Assembly: GCA_030532065.1 (NCBI GenBank)
Contig: JAUNLW010000001.1
Coordinates: 520,347-584,346, forward strand
Length of the DNA: 64,000 nucleotides
Source of the DNA: Eubacteriales bacterium
GTDB lineage: Bacteria; Bacillota; Clostridia; Saccharofermentanales; DTU023
Direction: 5' to 3'
The position numbers and the translations under genes are program-made. Of the stretch, positions 18,894-27,394 are shown piece by piece. Below the pieces are notes generated by a model. The model was not told the origin of the DNA and made no database searches. It worked only from the letters and a program-made list of their open reading frames with translations. Numbering within the stretch: position 1 is the first letter of the stretch; each line of letters opens with the position of its first letter.

Positions 18894-21026
18894 TTAAAAT
18901 GGCGTATAGCCGGTAAATTCTATCTGATCCAGATAAATCAAGCCCTCAGCGTCAGGGTCTTGCAGAACAAACTCCAATTTAGTCAGCCGCATTAAGTCCA
19001 CTGGGGCGTCCTTCAGTTTAAAGCTTATCTTTTGCCAAGACAAGATATCCTTGATCTCCTGGGCCGCGGAGACTGTCTTTCTGCCATTAGCGTCTGATAG
19101 ATCCAGGCTGAGAGTCTTCACACGGTGCTCTGTATTGAAGACTGCGCAGTGTAATTCTTCCCAGAGATGCAGGTCCAATGGAGGGTAATCAGATGCATAG
19201 TCCAATACGGGTCCGAAGCGAAGTGGTCGCTCATCGGCTTTGCTATAGGAAATTAAGATAGAAGCCGTACCCTGACGTTTGTTTTCTTTTTCCAGATTGA
19301 AGCGACCTCTGCCGTTAGTAAAAGTCCATAAAGGATAAATACCGGGTGTGGCTTTGCCGCCCATACGCGGACTACGAGGATCTGTGATGGGGAAGCGGAA
19401 AGCTTCCAAGGCATCACAAGCAGCCCATTGACGCGGTTTTTCCCAATTAGCCTGTTCACGATCCAATCTAAAAGGCAAAAGAGGGATGCCTTGTGAGCTG
19501 ACCAGGTTAGCTTCCTGATTAAAATTCCAGAAAGCATAAGCACAGGAAAGAGGATTATTGATCTCATCGTGCCAGACAATGACTCTTAACTGATAAAGCT
19601 CTTTCGCTTCTGCTAAGACATAGTGTCTGTCCTGATTGCAGATACTAAAACCTTTTACCTGCGTCTCTCCCGCTCTTAAGCGTATACCTTGTCCAGCATT
19701 CTCAAAATTAAGTAAAAGTTTATTGCCAACTAGTTCTGCGCCTATACATTCAGGTGCGGACGTTGGCATATTGTCCTGCTTATAGGCAAGTCCCAAGGCC
19801 ACTAAAGCCATCCTACGCGCCAGTTCCTGCTTGGCCCTTGGTGTGTCAGGGCTATTGTAAAGTCCCTTGCCTGGCTGGAAAGTTAGTGGCAAATCGTAAT
19901 TGGTAACAATGCCGGAACGCAGCTCCAATTGCCTTCTCACTGCCGTCAAAGCCTCGTTAAAGTACGCCAGGCGTGAGGGGTCCTGGACAGATGAAAGCCG
20001 TGGTGTGATCTGAGAATAAATAAAGTAAATGCCACTGACCGGGCTTTGGAACATCTCCTTAAGTACCGCAGTCAAATAACGCAAAGCCCGACGATAATAA
20101 TCAGGATATTGGACATCTTCTTCACCTTGATACCAGATTACGCCTCTTAGTCCTAGGCTGGTATAGGGGGCCAGTTTGTGGTTGAATAGCGCAGCCGGCT
20201 GGTTATGTAAGTGGAAAAGAATATCTTCTGCCGCTTCGTCACGGCTGGTAGCCGTACGGTTGAGGAAACGCTCATCTGAACGGTCTTCAGCCGGTAACTC
20301 ATTCCAGTTATCCTCGTCGCGATAATGATGGATCTCACGAATATGATTGCTGATCAGCACATCTTCTTCAATAACTGAGCGAGGCAACCAGGAATGAATC
20401 ATAGAAACCGGACAAGCTAAGGAGAAAACCGCAACTGGCACATTTAGCTCCGCCTGAATGTCCATGGCAAAGGCTACAGCGAGTGCGGATAAGCCTTGGA
20501 TTTTGTCTGGCTCTGTAGCGTCAATCCAATGACCGCCATAGATTCGACCTTGAGGCTGATAGGAATATTGCTTATTACCTGCCGCTAAGCCAAACTCATT
20601 TTGTGTAAAAAAGCGTAAGCCGGAATCTGGGCTGATCTGCTTGGCTTTGGCTGCGACATCGGTGTAGGCTGCCGGCATGGCCATGTTACTGCCACCTGCG
20701 GCCAACCAGACCTCACCGAAATAGATATTTTGGAAAACACGCCTCTCTCCTCCCGCCTCAATACTCAGACGAAAGGTGTCATAAGAAGCTTCAATCATAG
20801 GCAGACGGAACTCGAAAAAGCCGTCGGCTTCCGCATAATCACTCTCTTGGAATATAAGGCCGTATTCGGCTTCTTGAGTAGAAGCCAGCAAGCGTCCGGA
20901 AGGAAAGCGCTCTAAGCTAAGCCGCACCTCTGAGGAAGGCGCGGTATGGCCATAAATCCGGGTACGTACCTGCTGCTGCAGGACCATTTTATCTCCATAC
21001 CAGGCTGGTAAACTCAGCTTAGTCAC
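18894..21026 (-). CDS. Sialate O-acetylesterase (SASA/SGNH)-like protein with a C-terminal extension; no signal peptide
   Basis: 710 aa with a GTG start after an AGGAGA RBS. The N-terminus WYGDKMVLQQ, the block-I-like GEVWLAAGGSNM and WYQGEED all resemble 9-O-acetylesterase family proteins. The region I would align to the conserved DIHP-x-NK block reads SPDTPRAK. Confidence 0.65.
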   Translation of the reverse strand: MTKLSLPAWYGDKMVLQQQVRTRIYGHTAPSSEVRLSLERFPSGRLLASTQEAEYGLIFQESDYAEADGFFEFRLPMIEASYDTFRLSIEAGGERRVFQNIYFGEVWLAAGGSNMAMPAAYTDVAAKAKQISPDSGLRFFTQNEFGLAAGNKQYSYQPQGRIYGGHWIDATEPDKIQGLSALAVAFAMDIQAELNVPVAVFSLACPVSMIHSWLPRSVIEEDVLISNHIREIHHYRDEDNWNELPAEDRSDERFLNRTATSRDEAAEDILFHLHNQPAALFNHKLAPYTSLGLRGVIWYQGEEDVQYPDYYRRALRYLTAVLKEMFQSPVSGIYFIYSQITPRLSSVQDPSRLAYFNEALTAVRRQLELRSGIVTNYDLPLTFQPGKGLYNSPDTPRAKQELARRMALVALGLAYKQDNMPTSAPECIGAELVGNKLLLNFENAGQGIRLRAGETQVKGFSICNQDRHYVLAEAKELYQLRVIVWHDEINNPLSCAYAFWNFNQEANLVSSQGIPLLPFRLDREQANWEKPRQWAACDALEAFRFPITDPRSPRMGGKATPGIYPLWTFTNGRGRFNLEKENKRQGTASILISYSKADERPLRFGPVLDYASDYPPLDLHLWEELHCAVFNTEHRVKTLSLDLSDANGRKTVSAAQEIKDILSWQKISFKLKDAPVDLMRLTKLEFVLQDPDAEGLIYLDQIEFTGYTPF

Positions 21027-21077
21027 TGTTAATTTCTCCTGCCTAAAAGCAATTTTCCCTTACTAACAATATTCTTC

Positions 21078-21107
21078 ATTATAGAGTCTTGGCAAAGGAC
21101 AAGTCAA
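21078..21107 (-). promoter_or_regulatory. Putative sigma-70 promoter upstream of the esterase-like gene (and so of valS-ligA)
   Basis: On the minus strand: TTGACT (21107-21102), an 18-nt spacer, then TATAAT (21083-21078). Confidence 0.5.
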
Positions 21108-21144
21108 AAAATGACTATTCGTGAAGAAGCAGATCCTTGCAAAA

Positions 21145-21816
21145 TTAGTCAGCCTGCGGCAGATCTAATTCCAGGCTTTCACGTATGATTCTTGCCCCTT
21201 CTGCGGCCGTTCTCACACCTGGCTCATGTTCCACCAAAGCCGAAAGCAGGAGGTCAGGTCTAAGATTCGCGCTGGAGCCAGCTCGACACTTGAAGCGGAA
21301 ACAGTCCGCGGACAACTTTTCTTGATCCAGTAAAAGCTCAGCCAGATCTACTTGCTTGACTTTACCCTTATGTTGACGCGTTACCAGCATAGGGCCCGCC
21401 TGATGTTTTGTGTAATAATCCTGCCAGGCCAAACCCAGTCCTGGTCCTTCAACACGGTAGCTGGCAGCCTTCACAAGGCTCATCAAACTCTTATTACCGT
21501 AATCAGCTGGCCTTAGCTCAAGCACACTCAGTCCTTCCGGCAGCGCGGCCGTAATTTTCTCAGCAGCTTCCGCCAAATCTAAAGGCTCACTTACAATGAT
21601 CTCAAGCAAATCTGCTCTACACTCAATGCCCAGGCCAATGGGCAAGGCAAACACAATCTTCGGCCTGGGATTAAAACCACCACTCCAGACCAATGGTATA
21701 CCGGCTCTCTTCAGAGATCTCTCAAAACAAGACATGGTGTCCAAGTGCGCCAGCCAGGTCATTACGCCAGTGCGAGCGTAAGTCAGGATATAAGCATAGT
21801 TCTGCGCCTCTGCCAT
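21145..21816 (-). CDS. Radical-SAM-linked protein (DUF2344 / TIGR03936-type)
   Basis: Likely start is the ATG at 21816 (MAEAQNYAYILTY), which forms a TAATG overlap with the upstream radical SAM gene's stop. The motif YARTGVMTWLAHLD..FERSLKRAGIPL..GFNPRPK is typical of this family as I recall it. Confidence 0.75.
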   Translation of the reverse strand: MAEAQNYAYILTYARTGVMTWLAHLDTMSCFERSLKRAGIPLVWSGGFNPRPKIVFALPIGLGIECRADLLEIIVSEPLDLAEAAEKITAALPEGLSVLELRPADYGNKSLMSLVKAASYRVEGPGLGLAWQDYYTKHQAGPMLVTRQHKGKVKQVDLAELLLDQEKLSADCFRFKCRAGSSANLRPDLLLSALVEHEPGVRTAAEGARIIRESLELDLPQAD

Positions 21817-23684
21817 TAGACCACCCCCCGTTCCCGACAAATACCGATGGCAAACTCAGCCGCTCCGCAAGCTGTGCAAGCGTGCAGGCAGCCAGGATTG
21901 GTTTCACCACGCTCAGATTTATGCTTTTCTCTGAGGAGAAACTCTTTTTTTATACCAGCGTCGCTGACTTCCCATGGCAACGCGGCTTCTTCCGGGATTG
22001 GATCAAAGACCAGGTGTTTCCAATCGATGTTGGCATCTCTGAAGGCCTCAAGCCAGCGTTCGTAGGAAAAATATCTTTTCTCTCCTTCAGCAAAAGCCCC
22101 TTTTGTGTGCACTTGGTAGATGGCTTTTGCCATACGCCGGTCACCCTTGGCCAGAGCCGCCTCAATAACGGAGCTGTCAAAATCATGCCATTGGTAGGTC
22201 ATAAATCTGCTGCGCAAATGCTTGGCCAGAAGTTCCTGCTTGCGCTGCATTTCCTCAGGCCTAATTTGGCCTTCCCACTGGAAAGGAGTCCAGGGCTTAG
22301 GTATAAAGAACGAAGTAGATACCGCGATCTGTAGACGGCGGCGCTTGCCCGTGTGCGGTGTAGCCTGCCATAGATCGACCAACTCATAGCACAGGTCCGC
22401 TATAGCTGTAATATCCTCGTCTGTCTCTCCCGGAAGGCCCAACATAAAGTAGAGCTTTATGCGATCCCAACCCAACTCAAAAGCATACTTTGCTGCCTGC
22501 AAGAGGTCAGATTTTAAAATATTCTTATTGATACCATCTCTCAACTGTTGACTGCCAGCTTCCGGCGCGAAAGTTAAGCCGGATTTACGCGTTTGAGAAG
22601 CCATATCAAGCAAGTCAATACTGACTGAATCTAGACGCAGGGATGGTAAGGATAAATTAACGTGCTCTGACTGATAACTATCTAGCAGATCCTGGCATAA
22701 CTCATGCAATTGGCTGTAATCTCCGGTTGAAAGCGAAAGCAGGCCAACTTCTTCATATCCACTGGCAGCCAGTTGTTGATCAACTTGGGTTCTTAGCAGC
22801 TCAACTGTGCGCTCTCTTACCGGACGGTAAATCATGCCGGCCTGGCAGAAACGGCAGCCGTTCGCACAACCTCGGAAGAGTTCCAAAAACACCCGATCAT
22901 GCACAATTTTAATATTGGGCACCAACGGCTTGTCTGGTACATAGGCCTGATTGAGGTCGCTGATGATTCTTTTTCTTACTCTTCTTGGTATACCCGCTTC
23001 TCTGGGCTCCAGGCTAATAAAGTTGCCATTTTTATCGTAAGAGGCTTCATAAAGAGAAGGTACATAGACTCCAGGTATCATGGCAGCTTGTCGCAAAAAC
23101 TCCTGACGGCTAAGTCCTTGCTTTTGCTTAAGACGATAAGCATCCATCAGTTCCAGCAGTACTTCCTCACCTTCTCCGATCATGATCAGGTCAAAGAAAT
23201 CAGCAACCGGCTCACTGTTGAAAACACAGGGGCCGCCGGCTACTACCAATGGATCAGATTCCTTACGGTCTTTCTGCCAGATAGGAACCCCAGCCAGGCT
23301 CAACATATCCAATATCGTGGGATAAGAAAGCTCGTATTGTAGAGTAAAGCCTAAAATATCAAAATCAGCGGCAGCGCGCTGAGTATCTACACTAAAAAGA
23401 GGAATATTTTGTTCCAACATTTGCAGCCGCATATCAGGGGCAGGAGCAAATATACGCTCGCAATAGACATCTTCCTCATTATTTAATAAGCCGTAGATAA
23501 TCCTGAGAGCTAAGTTGGACATACCAACTTCATAGATATCAGGAAAACAAAAGGCAAAATGAATACGTTCCTGTCCCCGCTCATCGCGGTCAGACTTTTT
23601 GACCATATTCCATTCGCCACCTAAATAGCGCGCCGGCGCTTCTACACTTCGTAAAAGCCGACGATCCAACCGTACTTTTTGCAT
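21816..23684 (-). CDS. B12-binding-domain radical SAM protein (TIGR03960-type, function unknown)
   Basis: 622 aa. The radical SAM cluster motif CANGCRFCQAG follows an N-terminal B12-binding-like domain. It is paired with the linked protein downstream, a pairing that is fused in some genomes. Confidence 0.8.
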   Translation of the reverse strand: MQKVRLDRRLLRSVEAPARYLGGEWNMVKKSDRDERGQERIHFAFCFPDIYEVGMSNLALRIIYGLLNNEEDVYCERIFAPAPDMRLQMLEQNIPLFSVDTQRAAADFDILGFTLQYELSYPTILDMLSLAGVPIWQKDRKESDPLVVAGGPCVFNSEPVADFFDLIMIGEGEEVLLELMDAYRLKQKQGLSRQEFLRQAAMIPGVYVPSLYEASYDKNGNFISLEPREAGIPRRVRKRIISDLNQAYVPDKPLVPNIKIVHDRVFLELFRGCANGCRFCQAGMIYRPVRERTVELLRTQVDQQLAASGYEEVGLLSLSTGDYSQLHELCQDLLDSYQSEHVNLSLPSLRLDSVSIDLLDMASQTRKSGLTFAPEAGSQQLRDGINKNILKSDLLQAAKYAFELGWDRIKLYFMLGLPGETDEDITAIADLCYELVDLWQATPHTGKRRRLQIAVSTSFFIPKPWTPFQWEGQIRPEEMQRKQELLAKHLRSRFMTYQWHDFDSSVIEAALAKGDRRMAKAIYQVHTKGAFAEGEKRYFSYERWLEAFRDANIDWKHLVFDPIPEEAALPWEVSDAGIKKEFLLREKHKSERGETNPGCLHACTACGAAEFAIGICRERGVV

Positions 23685-23698
23685 TTTTATTCCTTGTC

Positions 23699-24985
23699 TT
23701 ACGTCTCCAAGAGCTTGCGCAGCTTAGACTTATAGGCCTCTACACCTGGCTGGTCATAAGGGTTAAGTCCCAATAGATAAGCCGAAAGCGCACAGGCGGT
23801 TTCAAAGAAAAATAAAGTGGCGCCAAGACTATATTCGTCCATGCGATCCAAAAACAGTGTCTGATTCGGCAGTCCTCCTTCCGTATGGGCGGCAGCTGTA
23901 GCCTGCCAGGCGAGACGCTCAATTTCCTTAAAGCTTTTTTCACCTTGACTGGGCCAATCCCATACTTCTCGCTCCCAAGCTCGTACCGGATTTTCTTCAT
24001 CCACCAGAAGAAAAGTCTCCATCAGATCACGCTGGCCATCCTGCAGGTACTGTCCCATGCTATGTAGATCTCTGGTTAACTGCAGCGAGATTGGCAGAAG
24101 CCCTTTGCCTTCCTTCCCTTCACTCTCCGCAAAAAGTTGCTCCCACCACAGTTGTAAGCCACTAAGCTTAGAGTCGAAGCAGGCCAGAGCTTCGACCTTA
24201 CATCCCTGTTGGTGCATAATGTGGCGCAACAGCGCATATACTGCACAGGGAGCTTTCGCCTTTTCTTTCTCAAAATTGAGTTTTTCGTCCTGAGCTCCTC
24301 TAAGCATTTGATGGATATCCAATCCTGCGACCGCCATGGGAAAAAGGCCTACTGGAGTCAGCACTGAATAACGTCCACCAACACCAGCTGGCACCTGGAA
24401 ACTATTATTTGCCAAAGCTTCAGCCTCAGCTCTCAATGGTCCTTTTACAGGGTCTGTGATCAGATAAGTGCGATCCTTAGCCTCTTCCAGCCCATAGCGT
24501 TCCAACTGATAAGAGCGCAGGAAATCAAAAGCCAGCTGTGGCTCCAGGCTCTTGCCTGATTTGGAAATCAGACAGAGTGAAAAATCTCGCTCGTCTAAAT
24601 AAAGCAGTAACTCTTTAAGCTTGGTCGCGTTCAGGTCCTCTCCGGTAAAAATCACTTCCGGCACCTGGCGATTGACTCGCGAAAGCCTGGTCTCAAAAGA
24701 TGGGCTTAAGGCTCCAATACCGGCTTTTGCGCCGTTAGCAGAGCCGCCCACTCCGATCACGATCAGAACATCAGAATTTTCCCTAACTCCGTGAGCAGCT
24801 AATTCCAACTCCCACAGCTCTTCCTCGTCATAATTTATGGGCCACTCAAACCAGGCAGTTTGATCTGCGCCAGGGCCCGTACCTTCCAGGAGATGATCAA
24901 TCGCCTGCTCCAGGTGAGGTAGGGTCTTGGCAAAATCTTCCTGCTTAATCTGATTTTCTAAGTTGTCGAAGTTTGCTCTGATCAT
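23699..24985 (-). CDS. pgi: Glucose-6-phosphate isomerase (short Firmicute type)
   Basis: 428 aa. Motifs VIGVGGSANGAKA, ISKSGKSLEP, GGRYSVLTPVGL and FAESEGKEGKG. Confidence 0.9.
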   Translation of the reverse strand: MIRANFDNLENQIKQEDFAKTLPHLEQAIDHLLEGTGPGADQTAWFEWPINYDEEELWELELAAHGVRENSDVLIVIGVGGSANGAKAGIGALSPSFETRLSRVNRQVPEVIFTGEDLNATKLKELLLYLDERDFSLCLISKSGKSLEPQLAFDFLRSYQLERYGLEEAKDRTYLITDPVKGPLRAEAEALANNSFQVPAGVGGRYSVLTPVGLFPMAVAGLDIHQMLRGAQDEKLNFEKEKAKAPCAVYALLRHIMHQQGCKVEALACFDSKLSGLQLWWEQLFAESEGKEGKGLLPISLQLTRDLHSMGQYLQDGQRDLMETFLLVDEENPVRAWEREVWDWPSQGEKSFKEIERLAWQATAAAHTEGGLPNQTLFLDRMDEYSLGATLFFFETACALSAYLLGLNPYDQPGVEAYKSKLRKLLET

Positions 24986-25000
24986 GCTTCAGCACCCGCA

Positions 25001-27394
25001 TTAGTCTTCTACAGTGAAACAGAACTCGTTCTGACGATAACCTACTTTTACGCCAATCTTACCTTCTAAAGCACCGGTCAAAAGCAAGTCGGACAAATGA
25101 TCCTCTACTTCTTTTTGAATGGTCTTACGCAAAGGTCTGGCGCCAAATCTTGGGTCATAACCTCTCTCCGCCAGGGCATCTTTGGCCGCGGGAGTAACCT
25201 CCAGTTTGTAACCTTGTTCAGCCATGCTGTCTGCTACTTCTTTCAGCATCAGACTGACGATCTGACGCAGATCTTCCTTAGTAAGGTGGTTGAAGATTAC
25301 GATCTCGTCAATGCGATTGAGGAATTCCGGACGGAAGGTCGTTCTCAGAGCTTCCTCTACCTGAGTCTTAATACTGGTATCCTGATTTTGACCAAAGCCT
25401 AGTCCGTTGGTCTTAAGTGACGTACCAGCATTAGAGGTCATCAGGATTACCGTATTAGAGAAATCTACCACCCGGCCATGACTGTCAGTCAGACGACCAT
25501 CATCCAAGATCTGCAGCAGCATATTGTAAACATCTTTGTGCGCTTTTTCGATCTCATCGAACAAAACAACACTATAGGGATGACGACGGACCTTCTCCGT
25601 GAGCTGGCCACCATCATCGTAGCCAACATAGCCCGGAGGCGAACCGATCATCTTGGACACGGTGTGGGCTTCCATAAACTCACTCATGTCAAGGCGGATC
25701 AGGGCAGATTCTTCATCAAATAGAGATAGCGCCAGGGCCTTTGATAACTCAGTCTTACCCACACCCGTGGGTCCTACGAAGAGAAAAGAAGCAGGTTTAT
25801 TCTTTTTGCCCAGACCGGTACGCTTACGGCGGATAGCGGCCGCTAAAGCTTTCACCGCTTCATCCTGGCCGATAACTCTTTCTTCCAGGCTATTTTCCAG
25901 GTTCAGAAGTTTCTCACTTTCTGATCTAGTGATCTGCTTTACCGGAATGCCTGTCCACATTTCTACTACTGACGCAATGTCTTCGGTAGTGATTTCAACC
26001 GGCTTACATGCGGCTTTCGCTTCTTCCAATTCTTTATCAACGCGCAGGCGCTCGGTTTTGAGTGCTGCCTGACGCTCAAAGAGCGGTAGCCGGTCTTCCT
26101 CTTTAACTGAGTCGGCTAATTGAGTGTCCACTTCTTCGGTAGCTGCCTCAATATCTTCCAGACTGTCCATAGATTGCTGGATCTTGACCAGCAGTTTGTT
26201 ATCCAGATTTACTCTGGAGCCAGCTTCGTCAATAAGGTCAATTGCCTTATCCGGCAAGAAACGCTCAGAAATATAGCGATCCGAAAGGCGAACCGCCGCT
26301 TCTAGGGTCTCATCGCTGTAATGCACATGGTGGTGCTCCTCGTAATAGCCCTTAATGCCCTTAAGAATCTCCAAGGTATCTGCCACTGAAGGTTCTTCCA
26401 CCATGACTTTTTGGAAACGACGATCCAGAGCGGTATCTTTCTCGATAAAGCGTCTGTACTCGTCTAAAGTAGTAGATCCCAGGATAGAAATCTCACCTTG
26501 CGCTAAGGCCGGTTTGAGGATATTAGCCGCGTTCATGGCACCTTCAGCGTCACCAGCGCCCATAATATTGTGCAGCTCATCGATGACTAAGATTACATTC
26601 TCTGAACGGCTGGCATCATCAACTACGCCTTTCATACGACTCTCAAATTGGCCTCTAAACTGTGTACCGGCTACCAAAGCCGTCATATCCAGCTGATAGA
26701 TCTCTTTGTCCAATAACTTGGCCGGAACTTTACCTTCAGCGATTCGTACAGCAAGACCTTGGGCAATAGCGGTCTTACCCACACCCGGCTCACCTAAGAG
26801 CACTGGATTATTTTTTGAGCGTCGATTGAGGATCTGAACTACACGATCAATCTCTTTCTCTCGACCTATAATGCGATCGATCTTGCCTTCTTTAGCCTCG
26901 GTTGTGAGGTTAGTGGCAAATTGATCCAGGTATTTGCGTTTGCGTTCACGCTCGCGTCTGCGGCCACGGCTGGCCTGCCTTACAGGTTGGCCGTTATCCG
27001 CTTCTTCTTCCTCCATAGATTCTCTAGCGGTTGAAGCGTTTAAAAGCTCACCCAGAGTATTGCCAATATTATCCTCGCCATCGCCGCCTGCTTCCACACT
27101 CTCCTGAATCTTGCCGATAATCTTATTGATATCAACATCCGCATTCAAGAATGCCTGCATTAAACCACCAGCTTGGCCTTCACCCAGTTCACGGATCATT
27201 TGGTTGATCCCACTTTGGATGCCGTGGACATTTTCCTGAGTAATACCGGATCTGGCAAAAGCTTCCTCCAGACCATCAATATTTTTTTTCAAAGCACATT
27301 CCAGGCAGATGCCTTCGGAAATACGCTTATTGTCCTCAATTCTGGTAAGGATAATAACCGCTTCATTCTCATGACAAATTTGACACTTTGGCAT
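25001..27394 (-). CDS. clpE: Clp ATPase subunit, ClpE-type (N-terminal zinc finger, two AAA+ modules)
   Basis: I prefer the start [13 protein letters not shown] at 27394. CQIC-x22-CLEC resembles the ClpE zinc finger rather than ClpC N-repeats. Walker A motifs are [10 protein letters not shown] and [16 protein letters not shown] loop suggests ClpP docking. Confidence 0.8.
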   Translation of the reverse strand: MPKCQICHENEAVIILTRIEDNKRISEGICLECALKKNIDGLEEAFARSGITQENVHGIQSGINQMIRELGEGQAGGLMQAFLNADVDINKIIGKIQESVEAGGDGEDNIGNTLGELLNASTARESMEEEEADNGQPVRQASRGRRRERERKRKYLDQFATNLTTEAKEGKIDRIIGREKEIDRVVQILNRRSKNNPVLLGEPGVGKTAIAQGLAVRIAEGKVPAKLLDKEIYQLDMTALVAGTQFRGQFESRMKGVVDDASRSENVILVIDELHNIMGAGDAEGAMNAANILKPALAQGEISILGSTTLDEYRRFIEKDTALDRRFQKVMVEEPSVADTLEILKGIKGYYEEHHHVHYSDETLEAAVRLSDRYISERFLPDKAIDLIDEAGSRVNLDNKLLVKIQQSMDSLEDIEAATEEVDTQLADSVKEEDRLPLFERQAALKTERLRVDKELEEAKAACKPVEITTEDIASVVEMWTGIPVKQITRSESEKLLNLENSLEERVIGQDEAVKALAAAIRRKRTGLGKKNKPASFLFVGPTGVGKTELSKALALSLFDEESALIRLDMSEFMEAHTVSKMIGSPPGYVGYDDGGQLTEKVRRHPYSVVLFDEIEKAHKDVYNMLLQILDDGRLTDSHGRVVDFSNTVILMTSNAGTSLKTNGLGFGQNQDTSIKTQVEEALRTTFRPEFLNRIDEIVIFNHLTKEDLRQIVSLMLKEVADSMAEQGYKLEVTPAAKDALAERGYDPRFGARPLRKTIQKEVEDHLSDLLLTGALEGKIGVKVGYRQNEFCFTVED

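Noticed and set aside
21693-22334. 213-aa plus-strand ORF spanning the junction of the two radical-SAM-associated genes
   Set aside because: It is antisense to two genes with clear family signatures. Its composition (Ser/Arg/Pro/Leu-rich) is typical of antisense frames, and it has no RBS or family resemblance.
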